A stretch of DNA of 64,000 nucleotides from a virus (IMGVR_UViG_3300047202_000060), one strand, 5' to 3'; shown: positions 8,440 through 17,428, counted from the stretch's first letter. Notes: generated from the letters alone by a model not told the origin. Numbers and translations are program-made.

Positions 8440-10205
8440 TATTTCTGGGTTTCCACGTTAAGGTAAACTTGAAGGAAGGCTTTTGGTAACTCAGAAATTT
8501 CCTTAATACGGGTTCGTGAAACCTTTAAGTTACGAACTTTGTTTGCAAAAGTTTCCACATTATCAGCATCACAGAATCCAATAAAGCATACTTCAATTCC
8601 ACTACGGGTGTACTGTTCGATTAAGTTCTCTGCTTTTTGCTCGTCATCACCGTTAAAACAGAAATCGCTTGCTATTACAAGAATCTTTCTGCGTTCGCCC
8701 TTTATGGAATTGAACATTTTTAAATGTGCCTCAAGCAAAACGGAAACTTCAGTTCCCCCAGCATTTACGGAAATCGCCCCGATTCTTGCTCGTGTGTTTT
8801 CGAATGTTTCGAAATGTGACTTTACTCGTTGACTATCAGCACCGAACGCGGAAATTGAGAAACCATAATCATCAACGTAATGACCGAAAACTTCGTTAAG
8901 AATTGTCGTTATTTTCTGTGCTTGGTTTCTATCAACTGAACCCGAATAATCGAATAGAAAAGCTATAGCTACTTGTTCTTTTTCGAACTTCGTGGTCGTT
9001 CGCAAATACACATTACGAACGGTTCCGCGAAAAGAGTTAGTGTAGATTCGTGGAACTATCGGTGACATCATTTTGCCCCTTTTCTGGAATATCTCCCGTG
9101 ACACTCGTGGTTTCATTCTAGTTTTCAAAAGGTTAAGTAATTCTGTAATTTCTGGTTTACACTCATCGAGTAACTTTGAGTATGCTTCAAAGTCAGGCTC
9201 AGGACTAGGTATTTCGATTCCCGTGCCTTCGCCAGCACCCGAACCTTTCTGTAAATCTTCAAGATGTTTCTTTTTGTCCTCTTCTTGTTGTTCTTCCTTC
9301 TCTGCTTGTTCCAGAAGTTGTTTCAATTTATCCGAAATTTTGCCCTTTATGTTTCCCCCTCTACGAGAAACAACGTATTCTTTTGTGGTATAGTCAGCTT
9401 TAAGGTGTTTAGCTACTAAATCATAAATTGCTTGGCATGAACGAATGATGTCCAACTTAACGCGCTGATATTTGGTTCCCTCTAGGATTTTCAGGGCTTC
9501 CTCTGTGTCCTTTCGAGTATCGGGGCTAAGTTTGTCCCACAATTCTGTGCATTTAGCTTCATATAGACCTTCATTGCACAAAATTGCAACCATGTAAACC
9601 CCTTCTTGTTGTCCAGCTTGAATTGGCATGGTTATATTTGTGTTTTCTCCCAAGCTTTCACCTTTCGGGAGAATTGAAGATGTCCGTATCTGAGGCTTTT
9701 CTATCGTGTTGTCAATCATATCCTTCAATATCAAGTTCGCCAAAAGAAGCCTTTTTCCGACATCGAACCTATATCTGAGGATAATAAAGTGATTAATGCG
9801 TTTATCTTCGACCAAATTGCAAACTTCATGAGCCAGCTTATAGTAACCACGCTGGCGTTTGATTTTCGTTGTCCAATTGTTGAAAAACTCCCAATTTGGC
9901 TTTGTAAGGATTAAATGACCGCATTCGTGAGCCATATCTCCGTCCAGAATCTTTCTGAACAATCTCGGAGAAGTTTTCACGAAATCGGGATAACTTTGCA
10001 AACTTAGAGAAATTTCAAAATTTTCCATGTTAAAAGCAGAAGTTGGTTGTTCTGGAATATACTTGACACGAATCCGTTTGTCCTTTGTTATGGCAATGGC
10101 TAAGTTTCGCATCTCATCGAGAATTTTTGAGAATGCCCCATTATCTTTCTGTGGTTTCTTCTTTTGGTAACTCATTCTCTCACGCCACAATAAGAAGCTA
10201 ACCAC
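8439..10205 (-). CDS. vWA-domain protein (CobT/NorD-like) with N-terminal HExxH motif
   Basis: MIDAS motif DYSGSVD in AIAFLFDYSGSVD; MAHECGHLIL HExxH; 588 aa; follows the AAA+ gene. Confidence 0.65.
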   Translation of the reverse strand: MVSFLLWRERMSYQKKKPQKDNGAFSKILDEMRNLAIAITKDKRIRVKYIPEQPTSAFNMENFEISLSLQSYPDFVKTSPRLFRKILDGDMAHECGHLILTKPNWEFFNNWTTKIKRQRGYYKLAHEVCNLVEDKRINHFIILRYRFDVGKRLLLANLILKDMIDNTIEKPQIRTSSILPKGESLGENTNITMPIQAGQQEGVYMVAILCNEGLYEAKCTELWDKLSPDTRKDTEEALKILEGTKYQRVKLDIIRSCQAIYDLVAKHLKADYTTKEYVVSRRGGNIKGKISDKLKQLLEQAEKEEQQEEDKKKHLEDLQKGSGAGEGTGIEIPSPEPDFEAYSKLLDECKPEITELLNLLKTRMKPRVSREIFQKRGKMMSPIVPRIYTNSFRGTVRNVYLRTTTKFEKEQVAIAFLFDYSGSVDRNQAQKITTILNEVFGHYVDDYGFSISAFGADSQRVKSHFETFENTRARIGAISVNAGGTEVSVLLEAHLKMFNSIKGERRKILVIASDFCFNGDDEQKAENLIEQYTRSGIEVCFIGFCDADNVETFANKVRNLKVSRTRIKEISELPKAFLQVYLNVETQK

Positions 10206-10206
10206 A

Positions 10207-10240
10207 CTTATAAACCTTTCTTAAGAAACAACATACTCAT
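10207..10240 (-). promoter_or_regulatory. class I element copy
   Basis: cttataaacctttcttaagaaacaacatactcat upstream of vWA gene start 10205. Confidence 0.4.
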
Positions 10241-10245
10241 TCTGC

Positions 10246-10261
10246 TTAATCAACTGATTAA
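10246..10261. repeat. 16-bp palindrome TTAATCAACTGATTAA
   Basis: inverted repeat copy. Confidence 0.6.
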
Positions 10262-10312
10262 AAAAACGCCAAAAACGATGGATGTTAACGGGCGTGAAGG
10301 AGCGTGAAGTCA

Positions 10313-10328
10313 TTAATCAACTGATTAA
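10313..10328. repeat. 16-bp palindrome TTAATCAACTGATTAA
   Basis: inverted repeat copy. Confidence 0.6.
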
Positions 10329-10693
10329 ATGAATTAGCCTCATATCTGGTTCCGTTTGGCAAAAGCATCCATTGTGAAAGACGTGCTGGAAAAGTCAGTA
10401 CGTTAATTCTAGGGAAAAACTTATAAGCAACCACGCCTATATATTCACAAAGCTTCACAAGAGGTTTGAAAATGTTTCCGTTTGACACAATAAGTTTCAT
10501 TTTGGCTCTCATCGTACTTGCAAAGGTCGCTAGAACTTTCCGTCACCCTATAGGTTTACCACCAAAGTCAATTAATTATGAGCCAGAAGATTAAACTAAA
10601 AATACCCCATACATACGCCCATTTTTTTTCTAAATTTTGATTTTGGACAGCATGATGTTCTCTTTCCTTTCCCCTAGCCTTTTCCCTGATTAT

Positions 10694-10709
10694 TTAATCA
10701 CTTGATTAA
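10694..10709. repeat. 16-bp palindrome TTAATCACTTGATTAA
   Basis: inverted repeat copy. Confidence 0.55.
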
Positions 10710-10803
10710 AAAAGCTTCGACTTCAGACTTCAGTCCCCATCGCATTCGCCCTAGCATCAAGAACGTTTTTTTCCCTAGCCTATTTACCTGTTAAATGGAA
10801 GTG

Positions 10804-11235
10804 TCAAAGTAGGGGTATATAACCTAGCCACTCATAAACTTTGTTGTTTATTTCTGTCATACCTTCACCTGTCCAGACATTATGCCATATAGATGTATGA
10901 AGTTCTTCTGGAATGTAGATAACAAAATTCTTATCTATATGATGGGCTTCTAAATCAGCAAACGGTTCGTTTAACGAAATAAAACCTAAACCACGTCTTT
11001 TGTGCTGATGTTTTATCCATATTTCTCTAGTTTGTTCTGGATGATTTTTTATCCAAGTTTTTGCTTGCTTTTTCACTTTCTCTTTATTAAGTTGATAATA
11101 TTTTTTATAACGTTTTTTCGCTTGTTCTTTATGTGTTTGAGCATATTTTACATTTTCAATTTTTTTTCTTAATATTACATCTGGACGTTTGCGATATTCT
11201 TGCATATATTCTTTTCTTTGTTTTTTCGTCCACAT
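10804..11235 (-). CDS. HNH endonuclease family B (HHID..IPxELHxxIWHN type) with basic repeat N-terminus
   Basis: GLGFISLNEPF..EAHHIDKNF..IPEELHTSIWHN..EINNKVYEWLG. Confidence 0.65.
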   Translation of the reverse strand: MWTKKQRKEYMQEYRKRPDVILRKKIENVKYAQTHKEQAKKRYKKYYQLNKEKVKKQAKTWIKNHPEQTREIWIKHQHKRRGLGFISLNEPFADLEAHHIDKNFVIYIPEELHTSIWHNVWTGEGMTEINNKVYEWLGYIPLL

Positions 11236-11263
11236 TTTGAATCAATATATGTAGAGAAAACTA

Positions 11264-11287
11264 ACTTATAAATCTTTCGGTTTGTAG
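11264..11287 (-). promoter_or_regulatory. TATA/BRE-like promoter
   Basis: aacttataaatctttcggtttgtagg, box 30 nt upstream of ATG 11235. Confidence 0.4.
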
Positions 11288-11298
11288 GAGTAGAGGGG

Positions 11299-11490
11299 TC
11301 AAGTAAAGAGAACAACTTCTGGAATCATACGCTCATATTCTGCAATTACAGTATCGACTTTTTTCTTCTTTGCCAAACAAGCCTTAGCCATAGGAAAGTT
11401 TTTTTGTTGTTTTTGCAGTTCGGCAGACCTAGTTAATCTGTTGCTTAATGCTCGAAGTCTATGAAGAGTCTTTCTTGAGAACTTATTCAC
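11299..11490 (-). CDS. hypothetical protein, GTG start, VVLFT tail
   Basis: junction cassette at 11487 gives GTG start; track ORF 11299..11538 trimmed. Confidence 0.45.
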   Translation of the reverse strand: MNKFSRKTLHRLRALSNRLTRSAELQKQQKNFPMAKACLAKKKKVDTVIAEYERMIPEVVLFT

Positions 11491-11789
11491 GTAAACTGCA
11501 CCTTCACTTTTATTCTGTCTATTTGACTGATTCTCCAATGAGCTTTATCCCCTTCTTTAACCCAACCCCAAAGTGTGCCCGAAATTTCAAGCCAAGCCCA
11601 TTCCTCTCCGATTTTGCGTATAGAAGCGCATTTTGGGCATATAATATAAATATATTCATTGCCATTTTTTATCCAAAGTGAATCAAGTTTCTTCTTTGCA
11701 TATTTCGACAAACCTACAAGTTGCAAATAGGAAGAATGTTTTTGTTCCGTCTTTGTTCCACAAATGGGACAAATATTAAGTTCTTTCAT
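11487..11789 (-). CDS. Zn-ribbon protein, KVKVQFT tail
   Basis: CPICG...CPKC; cassette at both ends. Confidence 0.55.
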   Translation of the reverse strand: MKELNICPICGTKTEQKHSSYLQLVGLSKYAKKKLDSLWIKNGNEYIYIICPKCASIRKIGEEWAWLEISGTLWGWVKEGDKAHWRISQIDRIKVKVQFT

Positions 11790-12043
11790 GTAAATTGGAC
11801 AACCTCTTTTAAATCGATCTCTTCACAACCTTCTGCCCGACTTTCCCCATGATGACATTTTTCGCAAGCACAACTACTATGTTCAAACGGACATTTTCCT
11901 GTTACTTTAAATTCTCCCGATTCCGTCCATCCTTCACCTTTACAAGTAAAAATTCTGCCACAGCTACCGCATTTCTTAGTTATAGCGTGTGGATATTGCT
12001 TCAAGTGAAACTCACCTTCTCCTTCTGAAAGCCTTTTTGACAA
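11786..12043 (-). CDS. Cys-rich small protein, EVVQFT tail (real start may be TTG at about 12005)
   Basis: CGSCG...CPFEHSSCACEKCHHG; cassette at 11787 and 12001. Confidence 0.5.
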   Translation of the reverse strand: MSKRLSEGEGEFHLKQYPHAITKKCGSCGRIFTCKGEGWTESGEFKVTGKCPFEHSSCACEKCHHGESRAEGCEEIDLKEVVQFT

Positions 12044-12198
12044 TCATATATATCATAATTATGACTAAGAGAATTACGTATTTCCTTTTTTCCACAATTA
12101 CGACAAATACAATATCCTTTTTGTTCCAAATATGAAGGTATCTTGCATTTTCCCTCGCAATGAAATGGTTTACGGCAAGTGCAACATATTCTTCTCAT
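12001..12198 (-). CDS. Cys-rich small protein, EKVSFT tail
   Basis: CCTCRKPFHCEGKC...CICRNCG. Confidence 0.5.
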   Translation of the reverse strand: MRRICCTCRKPFHCEGKCKIPSYLEQKGYCICRNCGKKEIRNSLSHNYDIYDCQKGFQKEKVSFT

Positions 12199-12566
12199 GT
12201 GAATTCTACTTTCTCCTTAGAGCACAAAGTTTGAAGTTGTTTATATCCTTCACAGATTTCTAGCGTCATGTCAATAATTTCGAATCCTGTCGGGTTTCCT
12301 AACGGGTCTTCCACTTGAATACCTCGCCCATAACAAGTACCCGAAGCTATTATGTGTTCGTCTTTCCAGATTTCATAATCGTATTGATAACTGTCGTTTT
12401 CTTTGTCAATATCTCCGAATCCCCCAATTGGAAGAATAATATCTAACTTTTTATCCCAGAGTTTTTCCCGTTTAAGAATGAACATGATGTTTCCCCTTAT
12501 AGTCTTGTCTGAAATTTCTTCGAATATATCTTCAAGTTCAGCTTCAAACTCAGGTTCTTTAGTCAC
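12195..12566 (-). CDS. hypothetical protein, paralog of 13462..13818, GTG start, EKVEFT tail
   Basis: EFEAELEDIFE...FILKREKLWD...YDYEIWK shared with 13462..13818. Confidence 0.55.
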   Translation of the reverse strand: MTKEPEFEAELEDIFEEISDKTIRGNIMFILKREKLWDKKLDIILPIGGFGDIDKENDSYQYDYEIWKDEHIIASGTCYGRGIQVEDPLGNPTGFEIIDMTLEICEGYKQLQTLCSKEKVEFT

Positions 12567-12802
12567 GTAAACTCAACCTTTTCTTTAGAGGTTTTTGTGT
12601 CTCTTTGTCTTAGCCATTTTTCAAAATAGAAATTCCAACTATGCCGACTTGTAGAGGCACTAGAGAGAGAAGTAAAGTCTCTCATAAAGTCTTTTCTTTC
12701 CTCAGACTTTTCCCATTCTTCTTCGTGAATAGAACAAAGAAAGACATTATCTGGAATTATATATGTTTGATCTTTCTCATATTTACAAACGGGACATGTC
12801 AT
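12563..12802 (-). CDS. small Zn-finger protein, EKVEFT tail
   Basis: MTCPVCKYE...CSIHEEEW. Confidence 0.5.
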   Translation of the reverse strand: MTCPVCKYEKDQTYIIPDNVFLCSIHEEEWEKSEERKDFMRDFTSLSSASTSRHSWNFYFEKWLRQRDTKTSKEKVEFT

Positions 12803-13056
12803 GTGAATTGAACCTCTTCTTTAGCTACTCTTTTATCCCAGAGATTAGGTAGTTCCCTGATAAAAACAGCCCATGTTGCATGATGTCCATTTTTGCCATT
12901 CGGATATTTCTTTACAATCTCTTTTCCATACTTGTGATTGAAACTTAACCACTTTACGTGACATTTTGCACATAAAGCTCTTTTTATAACGTCATCTTCC
13001 TCATTGTATTCTGGAATTGTAACACCACACTTTAGGCAATCCGTTCTCAATTTCAT
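12799..13056 (-). CDS. Zn-ribbon protein, EEVQFT tail; track ORF trimmed to cassette ATG
   Basis: MKLRTDCLKCG...CAKCH; ATG inside cassette at 13054-13056 overlapping upstream stop. Confidence 0.5.
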   Translation of the reverse strand: MKLRTDCLKCGVTIPEYNEEDDVIKRALCAKCHVKWLSFNHKYGKEIVKKYPNGKNGHHATWAVFIRELPNLWDKRVAKEEVQFT

Positions 13057-13307
13057 GTAAATTGTACCTTCTCTTGTTCTGTATTTTTGAGAAGTTTCAT
13101 TATCAAGCCTAAAGCTATCTTTGCTGTTTTCGCATTTTTTACTACTTCGTTTTTTCTGAAAACTCTCAGAAACATTTTGTCCCAAACAATATAACAATAC
13201 GTGCAAAGAAAACAAACTTCTTCTGTCGGGGGTTCTTTCAAATGTCCGTAGCAAAGTTTGTGAGGGGGTAGTTCTGTTATTTCTTGTCCGCATCTGTCAC
13301 AATTCAT
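13053..13307 (-). CDS. Zn-ribbon protein, EKVQFT tail
   Basis: MNCDRCGQE...CFLCTYC. Confidence 0.5.
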   Translation of the reverse strand: MNCDRCGQEITELPPHKLCYGHLKEPPTEEVCFLCTYCYIVWDKMFLRVFRKNEVVKNAKTAKIALGLIMKLLKNTEQEKVQFT

Positions 13308-13465
13308 GTGAACAACACCTTCTCTTTTCGTTCGGGTTCTTTTCTACACAGAATCTTATAGAGAAAATCGGGGTTGTTAGCACCACATCCGCGTTCGTGA
13401 CAAGTTTTATAGCAGAAGTTTGCACACCCAGAGCAATGGCATTTTTCACAGTCAGGATTATTCAA
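13304..13465 (-). CDS. unannotated 53-aa Cys-rich protein with TTG start and EKVLFT tail
   Basis: LNNPDCEKCHCSGCANFCYKTCHERGCG...KEKVLFT; TTGA overlap at 13462, ATGA overlap at 13304. Confidence 0.45.
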   Translation of the reverse strand: MNNPDCEKCHCSGCANFCYKTCHERGCGANNPDFLYKILCRKEPERKEKVLFT

Positions 13466-13818
13466 GTAAATTCTACCTTCTCCTTACAGCAAAGTTCTAT
13501 AAGTTCTTTATATCCCGTCATCACTTCCAGAGTCATATCTTGAATTTCTGAAATGTTAAAATCTGTTATCACAGTCCCGTAACAAGTTCCAGCGCAAACA
13601 CATTTATTGCCTTTCCAAATTTCATAGTCAGACTGATAAGCGTCATTCGTGACATCTATATCTTTGAATGCCCCAATAGGAAAGATTATTTCAAATCGAC
13701 TGTCCCAGAGATGTTCACGTTTCAAAATAAATATGATATTTTTTTCTACTGAAACGTCTGAATATCTCTCGAAAATATCCGAAAGTTCTGCCTCAAACTC
13801 TGCCTCTTCAGGTATCAT
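13462..13818 (-). CDS. hypothetical protein, paralog of 12195..12566, EKVEFT tail
   Basis: EFEAELSDIFE...FILKREHLWD...SDYEIWK. Confidence 0.55.
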   Translation of the reverse strand: MIPEEAEFEAELSDIFERYSDVSVEKNIIFILKREHLWDSRFEIIFPIGAFKDIDVTNDAYQSDYEIWKGNKCVCAGTCYGTVITDFNISEIQDMTLEVMTGYKELIELCCKEKVEFT

Positions 13819-14096
13819 GTAAAATCAACCTTCTCTTTTATTGTGAATTTCGTACTCATAAAACTCTTCCATCTTTTAGACCACGTTCTAGTAAAGTCCG
13901 ACATCTTCACTTCTCCTTTACTGTGGTAGAAATGATTCCACAACAACAAACAATCGGGGCAAAGAATTACTTGTTCTAAGTTTCTTCCAATTTCGTCAAC
14001 GGGAGCAACTATTCTTTTGTCATCAGTAAATTTTCCACACTTTCCACATTTGACAATTTTTTGAGGAACCCATTTAGGATAAGGGGGGCTAGTCAT
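13815..14096 (-). CDS. Zn-ribbon protein, EKVDFT tail
   Basis: CGKCGKF...CPDC. Confidence 0.5.
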   Translation of the reverse strand: MTSPPYPKWVPQKIVKCGKCGKFTDDKRIVAPVDEIGRNLEQVILCPDCLLLWNHFYHSKGEVKMSDFTRTWSKRWKSFMSTKFTIKEKVDFT

Positions 14097-14374
14097 GTGA
14101 ATTGAACGACCTCTCTATCAGATTCTACCCATGCGGATTTATTACCAATATAAAGAAATATTCTTCCGCAAACAACTGTGAAAACAAAATCTATATCTGA
14201 ACGGTTTGTGAGAGATGTTTCATCTGTTGACTTCTGGAAACAATCTTCACACACGAAATAAGACCACTTGCCCCTAGTGAAATGTTCGGGCAGACCTTTG
14301 TGTATAGTTTTGCTATTTTCAGGCTCATCTTTTCTTGAAATTTTGTCAGAACCGCAGAAAGGGCATCTTGTCAT
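14093..14374 (-). CDS. Zn-ribbon protein, paralog of 17790..18065, EVVQFT tail
   Basis: MTRCPFCGSDK...YFVCEDCFQK vs MNRCPICGSTN...YYICQDCFES. Confidence 0.55.
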   Translation of the reverse strand: MTRCPFCGSDKISRKDEPENSKTIHKGLPEHFTRGKWSYFVCEDCFQKSTDETSLTNRSDIDFVFTVVCGRIFLYIGNKSAWVESDREVVQFT

Positions 14375-14646
14375 GTGAAGTTCACCTGTTCAGACTTTAC
14401 TATTACCCATATTTCGCTAATATCGTATGCAAGAAGGTCTTTTCCTAAACGAATGAGATATTGAACGTATGTAGAATTTACGTCCTTAATGTCTGTCAAT
14501 GAGCCTATGCTTTCGACAAATCCTATTTTGCCTTTGTTTTCGCCCTTCATTATTCGCACGTTATCGCCCTCTCTCAGTTTAACCCGTTGCTTAACGAGTT
14601 GGTCAATCTTAGCACGATAACGCTTGTCACCTTCCATTGCAGACAC
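14371..14646 (-). CDS. KOW-like small protein, EQVNFT tail
   Basis: GDNVRIMKGENKGKIGFV resembles KOW motif. Confidence 0.4.
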   Translation of the reverse strand: MSAMEGDKRYRAKIDQLVKQRVKLREGDNVRIMKGENKGKIGFVESIGSLTDIKDVNSTYVQYLIRLGKDLLAYDISEIWVIVKSEQVNFT

Positions 14647-14670
14647 CTAGTTACACTAGCTACATCGTGC

Positions 14671-14704
14671 TATTAAAACCTTTGCCTAGAACAACCATGC
14701 TTAG
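14671..14704 (-). promoter_or_regulatory. class I element copy
   Basis: tattaaaacctttgcctagaacaaccatgcttag; contains stop of 14701..14970. Confidence 0.4.
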
Positions 14705-14970
14705 TAAGATTCCATATCGTAAAGTTGCCTAATGGGGTTGTCGTTCGGTATTGTGATTTTCGTAGTCATAGTGACGTGTAAGTGAGGGTTACACTTGTAG
14801 CTATCGACTTTCTCTTGCCAATGTTCGTTCGGGTCTGCCTTTGACTTTTTGCTCCAACTGTTCAAAATCCCCATTGCCTCATAGTAATAGCTAGATTTCA
14901 TTTGACAGTTTGAACATCTGCCGTCTGAACCAAAATGGTGTTCTCGACAAACTTTGGTTATTTCGCTCAT
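14701..14970 (-). CDS. Cys-rich hypothetical protein
   Basis: CREHHFGSDGRCSNCQ. Confidence 0.5.
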   Translation of the reverse strand: MSEITKVCREHHFGSDGRCSNCQMKSSYYYEAMGILNSWSKKSKADPNEHWQEKVDSYKCNPHLHVTMTTKITIPNDNPIRQLYDMESY

Positions 14971-15008
14971 TAGTAAATCACTTTGTTGTTAATAGAATAA
15001 CGCCGACT

Positions 15009-15043
15009 CTTATAAATCTTTAGGTAAAATCACCATGCTCGAT
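15009..15043 (-). promoter_or_regulatory. class I element copy encoding C-terminus of HNH-B gene
   Basis: cttataaatctttaggtaaaatcaccatgctcgat encodes IEHGDFT-stop. Confidence 0.4.
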
Positions 15044-15556
15044 TAACCATTCGAACGCTTTATCGTTTATCTCAGTCATTCTCTGTCCTGTATGAATATT
15101 ATGCCATATTGAACGATGTAATTCTTTAGGAATATAGACAACTAACTCGAAGTCTATATGATGCGCTTCTGAACCGACAAATAAATCATTAAGAGGATTA
15201 AATCCTAAATTTCGTTCTCTCTTTGAGTGTTGCTTTCGCCAATATCCCTTAAATTGCTCTGAGTGTTCAAGACGATATTCTCTCTTATAATTTGGGTGTT
15301 TAATACACCATTTTTTCTTACGTTCTCTCTCATATTCTGGGTGAGTTTGAGAATATTGTTTGTTGTATTCATTTATTTGTTTCTTGCGATTTAATTTGGA
15401 TTTTTTGTTAATTTCTCTTGCACGTTCTGGATTTTCTATTTGCCATCTTATCGCAGTTGCACTTAATTGAGTTTTGTGGACTTGACGATATTGTTTGTCA
15501 TGTTCTTTATTTCGCTTATGCCATTCCATCATATAGTTAGGGTCTTTACGTAGCAT
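15020..15556 (-). CDS. HNH endonuclease family B with basic repeats; start moved from 15574
   Basis: NLGFNPLNDLF..EAHHIDFELVVYIPKELHRSIWHN..AFEWLIEHGDFT; TTATAAA box at about 15590. Confidence 0.6.
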   Translation of the reverse strand: MLRKDPNYMMEWHKRNKEHDKQYRQVHKTQLSATAIRWQIENPERAREINKKSKLNRKKQINEYNKQYSQTHPEYERERKKKWCIKHPNYKREYRLEHSEQFKGYWRKQHSKRERNLGFNPLNDLFVGSEAHHIDFELVVYIPKELHRSIWHNIHTGQRMTEINDKAFEWLIEHGDFT

Positions 15557-15587
15557 TCTATTCACAAATAACAATAATGTGTTTCAG

Positions 15588-15609
15588 GCTTATAAATGTT
15601 TCGGTTAGC
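15588..15609 (-). promoter_or_regulatory. TATA/BRE-like promoter
   Basis: ggcttataaatgtttcggttagc. Confidence 0.4.
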
Positions 15610-15868
15610 AAACGTAACCTTTTAACTTCTCTTTCCTCTCAACGGGGTTTTCTACCATTTCTTCCGAAAATTCCAATTCATCCAAAGCCTGTTTTTCTGC
15701 ATTATATCGCGTACAAAAAATCGGGGTCGGGTTGTTGGCAATGAATAGAATCGCTGTTCCCTTCATTCTGTCAAGTTCTTCTTTCGGGTTCTTCTTTCTC
15801 TTCGAAGGTTCTATGTAAATTGACGACTCAATTGTTGGCATTTTACTTTCTCCAATGAATAACTCCAC
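15605..15868 (-). CDS. hypothetical protein
   Basis: 87-aa ORF. Confidence 0.4.
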   Translation of the reverse strand: MELFIGESKMPTIESSIYIEPSKRKKNPKEELDRMKGTAILFIANNPTPIFCTRYNAEKQALDELEFSEEMVENPVERKEKLKGYVC

Positions 15869-16242
15869 GTATGCAGATTAATTTTTCATCGTCAGGTATT
15901 TGTTTCATGTCTAGGATTTCCTTTATCCTTTCTATCTGTGCTTTATATGTTGGCATTTCATTCACCGCTAAGTTTTGCTTCCTGATTCCACGCTAGGTTG
16001 AACATTATTCTTTCGTCTTTGTCCAGCTTTTTCTCTGCTTGAACGTAAGCTGTCTGCTTGTCCTTTGCGTTCTCGAACCAATTGCGTTTTGTCGTCACGA
16101 TTTTATATTTAGGTTGTGGCATTATGTTTTCTCCCGTACTTCTTTAAGATTCGCTTTTTTATCTTTTCTGCATAATAAACAGCGACAACCATCGTACACA
16201 TAAATGCTACTGTGAGAAGTCCAGCTAAGATTTCTGTTTGCA

Positions 16243-16515
16243 TTATTTGTCCCTCTTTGCTTTTCCGCTTAAGTATTCTTCTTTCGTGGAAGTGAGATAA
16301 GACTCAAGTGTGTGGATAACCGTAACCGTTTTAACGACTCTCTGGTTACTTTCGAGATATTTTATCTTTTCAAGAACAGCTTTTCGCAACTCTTTTGGAT
16401 TTTTCCCGTAAGCATAAGTAGAAAATTCGTAGTCACTTCCCCCGTCTGCTTTTGGAATTAAGAAACGTATTTTTGCTTGCCACTTCTCATAAGTTTCTGT
16501 AATCATTTCAACCAT
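16243..16515 (-). CDS. hypothetical protein, first gene after class I element
   Basis: ATG 33 nt downstream of TTTATAA box. Confidence 0.5.
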   Translation of the reverse strand: MVEMITETYEKWQAKIRFLIPKADGGSDYEFSTYAYGKNPKELRKAVLEKIKYLESNQRVVKTVTVIHTLESYLTSTKEEYLSGKAKRDK

Positions 16516-16534
16516 CTGAGAAAGTATAGTATCG

Positions 16535-16573
16535 CCGTCCCTTATAAACGTTTGCCTAGAACACCCATGCTCG
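16535..16573 (-). promoter_or_regulatory. class I element, near-consensus copy
   Basis: ccgtcccttataaacgtttgcctagaacacccatgctcg. Confidence 0.45.
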
Positions 16574-16584
16574 TTTCGGGGTAG

Positions 16585-16600
16585 TTAAACAGTTGATTAA
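16585..16600. repeat. imperfect 16-bp palindrome TTAAACAGTTGATTAA
   Basis: one mismatch in left arm. Confidence 0.4.
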
Positions 16601-16825
16601 AATTTCTCAGGACAAGCCCCCCGCCCAACCTCGGCTTGGTATAGACGGTCTAGGTAAACTCTACCTTCTCTCGCTCACAACATATTTTTTTAAGTAAAAT
16701 CCATTCCCTATGATTGAGGGGTTCGTTTATCGTTCTTTCAATCATATTGTCAAAATATTCTACGTCATTTTTGTGTTTCTCAATGAAAAAACGAATTGTC
16801 CCTTCTGTAAGTCCATAAGTATTTT

Positions 16826-17122
16826 TCAAGTAAAGTTTACCTTCTCTGGGGTAACTTTGTGCTTTTCGTTAGGCAAATATTCCAGCGAAGTTATCAGTAT
16901 TTCTTTATCACAGTAATTCGCCAAATCTTGAAAGTGTTCTAGTTTGCTCTCGTCTATTTCGTCAAACGAACATGCCTCACGATTGCCGTCATCGTCTATA
17001 TAATCTGTTTCGAGAAGCATACAACAAAGTGGACAATCGGAAGAGCCAGCTACGATTCCTCTAAACTGAATCGCTAATGGGTCTTTAGATTCTTTAAGCC
17101 ATCTCAGACTTACTTTCTGCAT
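16826..17122 (-). CDS. hypothetical Cys-rich protein, EKVNFT tail
   Basis: CPLCCMLLETDY; cassette at 16840. Confidence 0.5.
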   Translation of the reverse strand: MQKVSLRWLKESKDPLAIQFRGIVAGSSDCPLCCMLLETDYIDDDGNREACSFDEIDESKLEHFQDLANYCDKEILITSLEYLPNEKHKVTPEKVNFT

Positions 17123-17194
17123 ATTGTTTTTCCCTCTCTATAATTATCTGGTATTCTTTCGCAGTTTTGAAATAGTAGTTGCTTATCTCTTCGC

Positions 17195-17428
17195 TCAAGT
17201 AAATTGCACCTTCTCAGGTACTATATCGTTTTTTAGTTCTCCTTTCCAAACAAGCCAAGTCGGATTATGTTCATTCGGATATTTTTCTTCTAATCTTTTT
17301 TGATTTTTTGCAAAAAACTTGTGCCAATAATTAACACATCTTTTGCAAAGAAAGGAATCAACGTGTCTGTCTTCTTTTTCGTTTGTCAAAAATTTTGCAC
17401 TACAATGCTCACAAGTTTTTTTTCTCAT
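17195..17428 (-). CDS. Zn-finger protein, EKVQFT tail
   Basis: CEHCSAKF...CKRCVNYWH. Confidence 0.5.
   Translation of the reverse strand: MRKKTCEHCSAKFLTNEKEDRHVDSFLCKRCVNYWHKFFAKNQKRLEEKYPNEHNPTWLVWKGELKNDIVPEKVQFT

Noticed and set aside
10285-10512. 75-aa ORF in the ORF-poor hub
   Set aside because: No SD, cassette or promoter-like context. It lies among palindromes and direct repeats. Probably non-coding.
16535-16573. Conserved mini-ORF MGVLGKRL-stop inside class I elements
   Set aside because: The ATG, frame and stop are by-products of the conserved nucleotide element, which resembles HNH gene 3' ends. Frames differ between copies, so a conserved leader peptide is unlikely.
16826-17198. 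N-terminal extension of 16826..17122 from the TTG inside the cassette at 17198
   Set aside because: The TTG frame differs from the annotated ATG frame. It gives a separate ~32-aa overlapping mini-ORF instead.
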